Shown here one piece after another: positions 16,410 to 24,277 of a DNA stretch of 37,310 nucleotides (its first letter is position 1; each line of letters opens with the position of its first letter). Below the pieces are notes generated by a model, which saw only the letters and a program-made list of their open reading frames with translations, was not told the origin of the DNA and did no database searches. The DNA is from a virus. Lineage: Duplodnaviria > Caudoviricetes. Where the stretch lies: positions 1 through 37,310 of IMG/VR virus record IMGVR_UViG_3300023283_000354; one strand, written 5' to 3'. Both the position numbers and the translations under genes were made by a program.

Positions 16410-17596
16410 GCGAACGGCGTTCGTCGGACTCCCGGATTGACCCGGACCGCGTCGCGCGGGCGAAGGCGGCGGATCTGGCGGAGCTGGCCGGGCAGGCGAC
16501 GCGGCTGCGGCGGCAGGGCGCGCGCTGGGTCGGGCTGTGCCCTTTCCATGGCGAGCGCACACCGTCGTTCACCGTCCGGCCGCCGGGCGGCGGGCACCCG
16601 TGGCGCTATCGCTGCTACGGCTGCGGGGCGGCGGGGGACGCCGTCGACTTCGTGATGCAGCGCGAGGGGGTCGGGTTCCGCGAGGCGGTGGATCGGCTGG
16701 TCGGCGGGGCGGAGACGGTCCCGTCCCGGCGCGCGGGGGCGCGGGCCCCCACCCGGCCGCTGGCGCGGCCGACCTCCCCCGCACGCGGGGGAGGTGACGA
16801 CGAAGGGGCAAATCGGCTGGCGCGGGCGCGGCGGCTGTGGCGGGCGGCGTGGCCGGCCGAGGGGACGCTGGTGGAGGCCTATCTGCGGGCGCGGGATATC
16901 GACCTGGCGGCCGTGGGCTGGCCCTTGCCGACACTGCGGTTTCATCCGGCGGTGGCCTACTGGCACACGCCGCCGGACCACGCGGCGCCGGTCAAGGTGG
17001 CCGAGACGCCGGCCATGGTCGCCCTGGTGCAGGGACCGGACGGGCGCGGGACCGGGGTGCACGTGACGCATCTGGCGCCGGACGGGGGCGGCAAGGCGCG
17101 GCTGGTCTGCCCCGTCACGGGCGCGGCGCTGTCGGCCAAGAAGATGCACGGCGCGGTGCAGGGCGGGGCGGTGCGCCTGGCGCCGCCGGCCGAGAGCGGC
17201 TGGTGGGCGGCGGCCGAGGGCATCGAGACGGCGCTGTCGGTGCTGCTGGCCGAGCGATTGGCGGGACGCGACACCGCCGTCTGGGCGGCGCTGTCGCTGG
17301 GCAACCTGGCGGGCGCCTGGCTGGGCCGGGGGCCGCGGCACCCCAGCCCCAAGCGGCGGGGGCAGCGCCTGCCCTCCACCGAGCCGGACCCGGCGCGGCC
17401 CGGCGTGCTGCCGCCGGCCTGGGCGAGCTACGCCCTGGTCTGCGCCGACGGCGACGGCAAGGACCCGCCGACGCAGCGCTACCTGGAGGCCCTGGCGGTG
17501 GAGAAGTTCCGCCGCGCCATGGGGCGCGCGGGGGTCGCCAAGCCGCCGGAGGGGCGGGATTTCAACGATCTGGTGCGGGGGGACACGGCGGCATGA
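16406..17596 (+). CDS. Phage primase: CHC2 zinc finger + TOPRIM
   Basis: GLCPFHGERTPSF...CYGCGAAGD; AEGIETALS; ADGD; DFND. Confidence 0.9.
   Translation: MSERRSSDSRIDPDRVARAKAADLAELAGQATRLRRQGARWVGLCPFHGERTPSFTVRPPGGGHPWRYRCYGCGAAGDAVDFVMQREGVGFREAVDRLVGGAETVPSRRAGARAPTRPLARPTSPARGGGDDEGANRLARARRLWRAAWPAEGTLVEAYLRARDIDLAAVGWPLPTLRFHPAVAYWHTPPDHAAPVKVAETPAMVALVQGPDGRGTGVHVTHLAPDGGGKARLVCPVTGAALSAKKMHGAVQGGAVRLAPPAESGWWAAAEGIETALSVLLAERLAGRDTAVWAALSLGNLAGAWLGRGPRHPSPKRRGQRLPSTEPDPARPGVLPPAWASYALVCADGDGKDPPTQRYLEALAVEKFRRAMGRAGVAKPPEGRDFNDLVRGDTAA
16411..16423. repeat. 13-bp palindrome CGAACGGCGTTCG
   Basis: Exact copy in the first codons of the primase gene. Confidence 0.8.
16744..16797 (+). 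repeat. Double-hairpin element copy D (54 nt, in frame in the primase linker)
   Basis: GGCCCCCACC-CGGCCGC/tggc/GCGGCCG-ACCTCCCCCGC/ac/GCGGGGGAGGT-GA. Confidence 0.88.
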
Positions 17597-17940
17597 CGGT
17601 CTATGTCGACGACGCCATGATTCCGTTCGGGCGCATGCGGATGTCGCACCTCTTCGCGGACAGCGACGCGGAACTGCACGCGCTGGCCGCCGCCATCGGC
17701 ATCAAGCGCCAATGGCACCAGGACAAGCCGGGCAACAGCCACTACGACGTCTGCAAGGCCAAGCGCCAGCAGGCCATCGCGGCCGGCGCGGTGCCGGTGA
17801 CCTGGCGGCAGTACGGCGCCATGGTGATGTGCCGGCGGCGGGCGCCGACGCGGTTCCGCGACGCGCTGCCGGCGCCGGAGGAGGCGACCGGCCTGGCCGC
17901 CGAGCTGCGGCGGGCGCGGCGGCGGGGGGCGGCGGCATGA
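17593..17940 (+). CDS. DUF4031-family protein
   Basis: MTVYVDD...MSHLFADSDAELHALAAAIG...WHQ...HYDV...AIAAGA. Confidence 0.85.
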   Translation: MTVYVDDAMIPFGRMRMSHLFADSDAELHALAAAIGIKRQWHQDKPGNSHYDVCKAKRQQAIAAGAVPVTWRQYGAMVMCRRRAPTRFRDALPAPEEATGLAAELRRARRRGAAA

Positions 17941-17963
17941 TGGGCCCAATCAGGCGAGCTGGT

Positions 17964-18428
17964 TCATGCCGCGTCCGCCGTGTCGTGGACGCCCAGGGCC
18001 AGGGTCGGCCCGCCGATGGCGTGCACGGCCTCGGCCAGGCGATCGACCTTGGTCTGGTGCTTGGGATCCAGGAGCCGCTGCGCCTCGCGGAGCTGACAGT
18101 CCAGGCGCCGCGCCAGCTCGCTCACGCCGATACCCTGTTCCCGGCAGGTGCGGTGCAGGGCGAGCTTGGCGGCCATGCGCAGCGGCAAGGGCACCAGCAG
18201 GTCGCCCGGTCCCGGCGCCGAGGGCGTCGGCAGCGGCTCGCGGTCGGCCAGCATGCGGGCCACGGCCTCCTCCAGGCAGTCCGCGGCCTCGGCCCGCAGC
18301 GTCGTCAGATCGCCGTCCGGGGTCGGCGCCGAGGTGTGCGCCCCCGGCACGTCGGGAAAGCTGGCGACGGTCTCGCCGCTCTCCGGATCGGCTTCGAGCG
18401 TCGCGGGGAACGTGAAGTCGTCGCGCAT
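17964..18428 (-). CDS. hicB: HicB-family antitoxin with C-terminal HTH
   Basis: FPATLE...ASFPDVPGAHT...A.DCL...PLPTPS; SELARRLDC...QRLLDP.H.TK. Confidence 0.85.
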   Translation of the reverse strand: MRDDFTFPATLEADPESGETVASFPDVPGAHTSAPTPDGDLTTLRAEAADCLEEAVARMLADREPLPTPSAPGPGDLLVPLPLRMAAKLALHRTCREQGIGVSELARRLDCQLREAQRLLDPKHQTKVDRLAEAVHAIGGPTLALGVHDTADAA

Positions 18429-18470
18429 GCGTATTCTCCATCCATCCGGTCGGGGCGCCGCGCGCCCCGC

Positions 18471-18686
18471 CTAGTCCAGATCGTTTTCGCTCAGACCCAG
18501 GTCCGCCAGCATCTTGCGCAACAGGGGGCGGGACAACTCCTTCCTGCGATCCTTCAGGGTCGTCGCCCGCGCGCCGAAGTAGACGGTCACGTGGCTGCCC
18601 TTGCCCTTCTTGGTGTCAACGGCCACGCGGACGCCGTGGCGGCGAGCCGTTTTGCGGAGCTTTTGAAGGAAGTCGTTGCCGGTCAT
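18471..18686 (-). CDS. hicA: HicA-family mRNA interferase toxin
   Basis: GKGSH catalytic motif, LLRKMLADLGL, 71 aa, upstream of hicB. Confidence 0.88.
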   Translation of the reverse strand: MTGNDFLQKLRKTARRHGVRVAVDTKKGKGSHVTVYFGARATTLKDRRKELSRPLLRKMLADLGLSENDLD

Positions 18687-18711
18687 CCCTCTCCCCCTGT
18701 TCGCGGCATTG

Positions 18712-18760
18712 AGATTATACATTTTTGTCGTGCTCGTCAAGCGGGAAATGACAAAAATGT
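18712..18760 (-). promoter_or_regulatory. hicAB promoter and operator
   Basis: Minus-strand TTGACG, 17 nt, TAATCT; perfect 11-bp inverted repeat ACATTTTTGTC (18719) / GACAAAAATGT (18750). Confidence 0.7.
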
Positions 18761-18808
18761 CGTATGGCGCGGCGGCGCGTCCGCTTGGCGCCGCCCGGAG
18801 GTGCGCGC

Positions 18809-20440
18809 ATGACCGGGGAGGGTCTGGAGCGCGAGTCCGCCGCCCCGTCCGAGGCCGAGGGGGTGGTGGCGGCCTCGGCGGTGCTGGCGGCGGCGGACGA
18901 CGGGGCGCCGCCGCCCTCCGACCGGGAGCTGGCGGACTGGCCGCGCAACGACTACGGCAACGGCCGGCGCCTCATCGCCCGGCACGGCCGCGACCTGCGC
19001 GCCGTCGCCGAGCTGCAGCGCGACCTGCAGGACGGCTGGCTGTGCTGGGCCGGGACGCACTGGCAGGGCGCGGGTGCCTGGTCGGAGGCGCAGCGGCGGG
19101 CGCACGACACCGCCGGGCGCATCGCCGACGAGGCCGATGCCATCGAGGCGGAGGGGGCGCCGGAGCCCAGAGCCGGCGAGAGCGGCAAGGCGCACGAGGC
19201 GCGCGTGAAGGCCTGGGAAAAGCGGGTCGAGCGGCACCACGCCTGGGCGGTGAACTCTGGCAACGCCGCCAAGACGGCGGCGATGCTGCGCGCGGCGGCG
19301 CCCTACCTGCAGGTGCGCCGGCGGGAGCTGGACCGGGCGCCGCGGCTGCTGGCGCTGCCCAACGGGACGCTGGACCTGGACGGGGCGGAGCCGGCGCTGC
19401 GCCCGCCGGAGCGCGGCGACCTGATCACGCGGGCGGGGGGCGTGCCCTACGATCGCGAGGCGACGGCGTACAAGTTCTGGGCCTTTCTGAAGCGCGTCCT
19501 GCCGGACCCGGACGTGCGGGGGTTCGTGCAGCGCTACATGGGCTACGCGCTGACCGGGGAGGTGGGGGAGCAGCTTCTGTGCCTGTTCTACGGGACGGGT
19601 GCGAACGGCAAGTCGACGCTGCTGAACATCCTGCGCGCGGTGATGGGGGACTATGCGCTGACCCTGCCGTTCGCCTCGCTGGTGTCGGACCCGTTCAAGC
19701 GGGGGTCGGACGCGACGCCCGACCTGGTGCGCCTGCCCGGCGCGCGGCTGGTGATGGCCAGCGAGCCGGAGGTGGGGGCGGAGCTGAGCGAGGGCGTGGT
19801 CAAGGAGCAGACCGGCGGCGAGCCGATCCAGGTGCGCCCGCTGTACGGCCAGCCCTTCGAGTTCGAGCCGACGCACAAGCTGGTGCTGTCCTTCAACAAC
19901 CGGCCGAAAATCAAGTCGACCGACCACGGGACGTGGCGGCGGCTGGCGCTGGTGCCCTTCGAGGTGACCATCCCGGCGGAGGAGCGCGACCCCGGTCTGG
20001 AGCGGCGCATCCGGGGGGAGGAGGCCTCGGGCGTGCTGAACTGGCTGGTCGACGGCTACCTGATGTGGCGGGAACAGGGGCTGGCCGTGCCCGAGGCGGT
20101 GCGCGCCTCGACCGCCGACTACCGGGCGCAGAGCGATCCGCTGGCGGACTTCCTGGAGGCCTGCACGCGGCCGGCCGGGCCGGGGGAACCGGCGGTCAAG
20201 GCCAAGGTGCTCTACGAGCAGTACGACCAGTGGTGCAAGGCGAACGGCGTGGAGCCGATCGGGCAGACGCGCTTCGGCCGGTCGCTGCCGGAGCGCGAGG
20301 GCGTGCACAAGCGCAAGATCGGCGGGCTGATCTACTACACCGGGATCGCGCTGCGCGACGGGCTGGATTTTGGCGCCGGCGGGGCGGGGGCGGACGTGCC
20401 GCCGCCGAACGGGCCCGAGGATTACTATGGGGAGGGTTGA
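18809..20440 (+). CDS. P4/D5-family SF3 helicase (phage/plasmid primase P4 C-terminal domain)
   Basis: NDYGNGRR, LPNGTLDL, Walker A GTGANGKST, ASE (Walker B), TGGEPI, SFNNRP, WRRLALVPF; GGAGGT RBS. Confidence 0.93.
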   Translation: MTGEGLERESAAPSEAEGVVAASAVLAAADDGAPPPSDRELADWPRNDYGNGRRLIARHGRDLRAVAELQRDLQDGWLCWAGTHWQGAGAWSEAQRRAHDTAGRIADEADAIEAEGAPEPRAGESGKAHEARVKAWEKRVERHHAWAVNSGNAAKTAAMLRAAAPYLQVRRRELDRAPRLLALPNGTLDLDGAEPALRPPERGDLITRAGGVPYDREATAYKFWAFLKRVLPDPDVRGFVQRYMGYALTGEVGEQLLCLFYGTGANGKSTLLNILRAVMGDYALTLPFASLVSDPFKRGSDATPDLVRLPGARLVMASEPEVGAELSEGVVKEQTGGEPIQVRPLYGQPFEFEPTHKLVLSFNNRPKIKSTDHGTWRRLALVPFEVTIPAEERDPGLERRIRGEEASGVLNWLVDGYLMWREQGLAVPEAVRASTADYRAQSDPLADFLEACTRPAGPGEPAVKAKVLYEQYDQWCKANGVEPIGQTRFGRSLPEREGVHKRKIGGLIYYTGIALRDGLDFGAGGAGADVPPPNGPEDYYGEG

Positions 20441-20720
20441 CCCTCCCCGCGCGGGCGAACCCTCCCCACGGCAAGTGCTTGATTTGCCGGCATTCGGGGA
20501 GGGTGGGGAGGCTTGGAGGGTTGCCACCCTTGCAGATGCGCGCACACACCCGCGCGCATGCGAAGGGATCGGACAAACCCTCCCCACCCTCCCCAGCGGG
20601 GCGGCGGCGCTTTTCAAGCTGGGGCGCAAGTCCTTGGCGCGGCGGCGTTTTCGCGGCGCGGCGGGCGCAGGACGGTTGGCGGCGAACCCTCCCCAGGTGG
20701 GGAGGGTCTGGGGAGACCCG
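20429..20720. repeat. Putative replication origin: ACCCTCCCC repeat array with an IHF-like site
   Basis: ACCCTCCCC at 20440, 20459, 20577, 20586, 20686; complement GGGGAGGGT at 20429, 20496, 20699; CAAGTGCTTGATT (20472-20484) fits YAANNNNTTGATW. Confidence 0.7.
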
Positions 20721-20738
20721 AGACGGAAGGAGGCGGAG

Positions 20739-21248
20739 ATGGCCGGACGGCAGCGGATGACGGCAAGCGAGCGGGCGGATCAGCGGCGGGTGGCGCTGGC
20801 GAACCTGGAGTTCCTGCCCACGCGGGACGGGGAGGCCTGGGACAAGCGGGCGGTGGAGGCGGAGCTGCGCCACGCCGTGGTGGTCAACGCCGCCGTCGCC
20901 CGGCGCGAGGGGCCGCGCGACGTGACCACGGCGGAGCTGCTGCCGGTCGTGCCGGAGCGCGACGACGTGGCGGACTGGGAGCCGGAGGCGCGGGCGCCGC
21001 GCTTCGACCCGGCGACGGTGGACCGGGCGGCGAAGGCGGCGACCTGGCTGCCGCTGATCGGGGCGGAGCGGGACCGGGCGGTGGTGCTGGCGGTGCTCTG
21101 CGGGGCGAAGATGACCAAGGTCTCCAGGGCGGACGGGCGCTCGCGGGAGTACCTGTCGCGCTCGGTCTACTGGGCGGCGATGGAGATGATCGCCGGGCAC
21201 CTGAACCAGATGTGGCGGGCCGGGACCCGCGTCGGACAAAAAATCTAG
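20739..21248 (+). CDS. Putative late-gene regulator (DUF6362-like, sigma region-4-like C-terminus)
   Basis: AGGAGG RBS; W...VEAELRHA, WLPLI...RAVV, YWAAMEMIAGHLN; Q-like position before cos/terminase. Confidence 0.6.
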   Translation: MAGRQRMTASERADQRRVALANLEFLPTRDGEAWDKRAVEAELRHAVVVNAAVARREGPRDVTTAELLPVVPERDDVADWEPEARAPRFDPATVDRAAKAATWLPLIGAERDRAVVLAVLCGAKMTKVSRADGRSREYLSRSVYWAAMEMIAGHLNQMWRAGTRVGQKI

Positions 21249-21310
21249 CGTCGGGGGTTCACAGAGGTCACGGAATATGGCAGGGAAAGAAATACGCTGC
21301 GATCAGGATT

Positions 21311-21349
21311 GCCCGGCCGGGGACGCCCCCGCGCCGGGCTTTCTCGTTT
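21311..21349 (+). terminator. Intrinsic terminator-like hairpin 1 in the late leader
   Basis: GCCCGGC...GCCGGGC followed by TTTCTCGTTT. Confidence 0.5.
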
Positions 21350-21359
21350 CGCACCCCAG

Positions 21360-21394
21360 CGGCGCCGCCGGCCTCGGGCCCGCGGCGCCGTTTT
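21360..21394 (+). terminator. Intrinsic terminator-like hairpin 2 in the late leader
   Basis: CGGCGCCGC...GCGGCGCCG followed by TTTT. Confidence 0.55.
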
Positions 21395-21403
21395 CGTGTC
21401 CGC

Positions 21404-21518
21404 GGGTCCTTCCACACCCCGCCCGAAACGCGGGACGCGGAGGCGCGCGGGGTTGTTAGTCGGGGGTAACAAAAACCCCTAAACAGCTAAACGGCGGGCT
21501 AAAAGGGCTAAACGGCGG
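21404..21518 (+). other. Putative cos packaging site (cosQ/cosN/cosB-like)
   Basis: GGGTCCT (the lambda cosQ sequence) at 21404, GGGACGCGGAGG-CGCG at 21432-21447, CTAAA repeats at 21479, 21487, 21499, 21508, directly before the small terminase. Confidence 0.65.
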
Positions 21519-22115
21519 ATGGCGGGCGACGGGAAGCGCGAGGCGATCACGCAGAGCGAGTTCGCGCGGCGGATCGGCGTGTCGCCCGGCCGGGTCAGCC
21601 AGGTCAAGCAGCGCCGGTTCACCACCGAGGTCTTTGCCGAGGGCGGCAAGCTTTGGTGGCCGCTGGCGGCCTGGCAGTGGAAGGCGGCCGAGCATCCGCA
21701 GGCCGCCTTGCAGCCGGCGGCCGACGCCCCCGAGGCGCCCGCCGAGGCGGCCGAGCCGTCGGGCGTGGTCTCGCTGCCGGCCTACAAGGACCACATGGCC
21801 CGCAAGGCGGCGGCGGACGCGGACCTCAAGGAATTCGAGCTGCGGCAGAAGCGCGACCTGTTCCGGTCCAAGGCCGAGGTCAACGACGCGCTGACGAACT
21901 GCGGCCAGGCCATCCGGCGGCGGCTGGACCAGATCGAGACCTGGGCGCACGACCTGGCACCGGTGAGCGACCCGGCGGAGCTGCGCGGCCTGCTGCGCGA
22001 CAAGGCGCGGGAGCTGGAGCAGGGCATCGCGGACCTGCTGGACAGCTACGCCTACGTCGAGGGAGAGCCGGCGGAGGCCGGCGGCGAGGAGGACGGCGAT
22101 GCAGTCCACGCTTAG
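21519..22115 (+). CDS. Terminase small subunit (Nu1-like)
   Basis: N-terminal HTH ITQSEFARRIGVSPGRVSQ plus coiled coil; overlaps the terL start. Confidence 0.75.
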   Translation: MAGDGKREAITQSEFARRIGVSPGRVSQVKQRRFTTEVFAEGGKLWWPLAAWQWKAAEHPQAALQPAADAPEAPAEAAEPSGVVSLPAYKDHMARKAAADADLKEFELRQKRDLFRSKAEVNDALTNCGQAIRRRLDQIETWAHDLAPVSDPAELRGLLRDKARELEQGIADLLDSYAYVEGEPAEAGGEEDGDAVHA

Positions 22116-24051
22116 CGTCGTCGCCACTGCGCTGGCGAAGGGCATCGCGCCGCCGCCGGAGATCGACCCCGTCGCCTGGGCGGCTGACAACATCGTCGTC
22201 CCCGATGGCCCCTACGCCGGACAGCGCTGGGACCCCTCGCTGTTCCCGCCGCAGACCGAGATCCTGCAGGTCCTGTCGCCGCGCCACCCCTGCACGCGGG
22301 TCACGGTGCGCAAGTCGGCGCAGACCGGCGTCACCGGCCTGGGCATCATCTGGCTGGGCCTGATCGCCTGCCACTACCCGGCGGCGGTGCTGGCGGTGCA
22401 GCCGACCCTGGCGGCGCTGAAGAAGTTCAACGCCGACAAGCTGCAGCCGACGATCGACCAGTCGCCGGCCTTGCGCCGGCGCATCGCCAGGCAGAAGAGC
22501 CGCGACGGGGACGGTTCGACGGCGCTGTCGAAGCGCTTTCCGGGCGGCTCGATCCGGCTGACCATCGCCAACAGCTCCGCCGACCTGCGCAGCGCGACGG
22601 TGCGCTTCGCGCTGTGCGACGAGATCGACGAGTGGCCGGAGGACCTGGAGGGCCAGGGCGATCCCATGGCGATGGTCGACGCGCGCCAGATCGCCTTTCA
22701 CCGCACCGGCGACTTCAAGAAGGTGGAGATCTCGACGCCGACGCTGGCCGGCGCGTCGCGGATCGACACCGCCTTCGAGGCCGGCGACCAGCGGTGGCTT
22801 CAGCTCGCCTGCCCGCACTGCGACGAATGGCAATTCCTGGAGTTCGAACAACTGCGCGGCGAGACCACCTGGCCGCACCAGGTGCACTACGTCTGCCGGC
22901 ACTGCGGCTGCGCCCTGGAGGAGCACGACAAGACCGCGTTCCTGAAGCGCTGGCGCTTCGTGCCGGCCAGCCCCGAGGCCGGCCGCCATCCCTCCTTCCA
23001 GCTCAGCGCGATCGAGAGCCCGTTCACCACCTGGGACGCGATGTGGCAGGCGTGGCTGGCCGCCCAGGAGGACCCGCACAAGCTCAAGACCTTCGACAAC
23101 CTCTGGCTGGGCCGCAGCCACGAGGTGCAGGGCGAGGCGCCGGAGTGGCAGCACCTGCGCGACCGGGCGGCGCTGATCGCGCACCACGACCGGGGCGAGA
23201 TCCCGGCGGCGGCGCTGTTCCTGACCGCCGGGATCGACGTGCAGTGGAACCGCCTGGAGGTGGTGCTGCTGGGCATCGGCGTGGGCAAGACGCTGTACGT
23301 GGTCGACCACGCCGTGCTGGAGGGCGACACGGCGGACGTCGACGTCTGGAACCGCCTGACCGCCTGGCTGTTCCAGGCCCGCTGGGACACCGCCGGCCAC
23401 GCGCGGCGGATCGACCTGGCGGCGGCGGACAGCGGCGACGGCAACCGCACCGCCATGGTCTACAAGTGGGTGCGCGGCAAGCACAACGTCATTGCCATCA
23501 AGGGCCGGCCCGGCATCCACGACTGGCCGATCAGCAACGGCAAGGACACCTCGTACAAACCGCGCGGGCGCAACCGCACGCGGCGGGCGCGGCTGTTCGA
23601 CGTGTCGCCGCATTTCCTGAAGTCGGAGCTGTACGGCAAGCTGAACCTGCAGGGCCCGGACGAAGCGGGGCAGTTCCCGCCGGGCTTCGTCCACCTGCCG
23701 ACCGGCATGCCCGACGACTTCTTCCAGCAGCTCACCAGCCAGAAGCTGGTCACCGTCGAGAAGCGCGGCGGCGGCACGCGGCTGGAGTGGCAGAAGACGC
23801 GCGGGGTGCGCGACGAGGTGCTGGACTGCACGGCCTACGCCCTGGGCGCGGCCTACCACCCCATGGTGGGCATCGGCGCAATGACGCCGGAGATGTGGGC
23901 GCGCAAGGCCGCCGAGCGCGGCGTCCCGGCGGAAGAGGAGCAGCTCGACCTGCTGCGCGGCATGGCGTTGCCGAAGGCCGTGGCCGCGCAGCAGCAGCAG
24001 TCGCGCGAGGCGCGCATCCGCGAGATGGCGCGGCGCATGAACGCGGGGTAG
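22099..24051 (+). CDS. Terminase large subunit, lambda gpA family
   Basis: KSAQTGVT, LCDEIDEW, ISTPT, CPHC/CRHC, LTAGIDVQ, ADSG, DEVLDCTAYA. Confidence 0.95.
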   Translation: MQSTLSVVATALAKGIAPPPEIDPVAWAADNIVVPDGPYAGQRWDPSLFPPQTEILQVLSPRHPCTRVTVRKSAQTGVTGLGIIWLGLIACHYPAAVLAVQPTLAALKKFNADKLQPTIDQSPALRRRIARQKSRDGDGSTALSKRFPGGSIRLTIANSSADLRSATVRFALCDEIDEWPEDLEGQGDPMAMVDARQIAFHRTGDFKKVEISTPTLAGASRIDTAFEAGDQRWLQLACPHCDEWQFLEFEQLRGETTWPHQVHYVCRHCGCALEEHDKTAFLKRWRFVPASPEAGRHPSFQLSAIESPFTTWDAMWQAWLAAQEDPHKLKTFDNLWLGRSHEVQGEAPEWQHLRDRAALIAHHDRGEIPAAALFLTAGIDVQWNRLEVVLLGIGVGKTLYVVDHAVLEGDTADVDVWNRLTAWLFQARWDTAGHARRIDLAAADSGDGNRTAMVYKWVRGKHNVIAIKGRPGIHDWPISNGKDTSYKPRGRNRTRRARLFDVSPHFLKSELYGKLNLQGPDEAGQFPPGFVHLPTGMPDDFFQQLTSQKLVTVEKRGGGTRLEWQKTRGVRDEVLDCTAYALGAAYHPMVGIGAMTPEMWARKAAERGVPAEEEQLDLLRGMALPKAVAAQQQQSREARIREMARRMNAG

Positions 24052-24055
24052 GGGA

Positions 24056-24277
24056 ATGACGACAGACACGGCGACCCTGGAACAGCGGCTGGCCGAGGCC
24101 GAGGATGCCCGACATTGGCTGCTGACCGGGCGGCAGACGGTCACGGTGCAGGCGAGCGGCGACAAGCAGATCACCTATGCCCGGACCGAGCTGCGCCAGC
24201 TCGACGCCTACATCGCCGAGCTGAAGCGCCGGCTCGGCCAGTCCACCGGCCGGCGCGCGGTGGGGACGGTGTTCTGA
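24056..24277 (+). CDS. Head-tail joining protein, gpW family
   Basis: 73 aa between terL and portal; LLTGRQTVTV...ITY...L.AYIAELKRRLG. Confidence 0.85.
   Translation: MTTDTATLEQRLAEAEDARHWLLTGRQTVTVQASGDKQITYARTELRQLDAYIAELKRRLGQSTGRRAVGTVF

Noticed and set aside
16400-17940. GGCGGCATGA repeated at three gene junctions
   Set aside because: Ordinary stop/start coupling (Ala-Ala-stop with ATGA overlap), common in phage operons.
7382-20720. Repeats read as a CRISPR array or as DGR template/variable repeats
   Set aside because: No regular repeat-spacer period, no cas or reverse transcriptase gene, and differences between copies are not adenine-specific.
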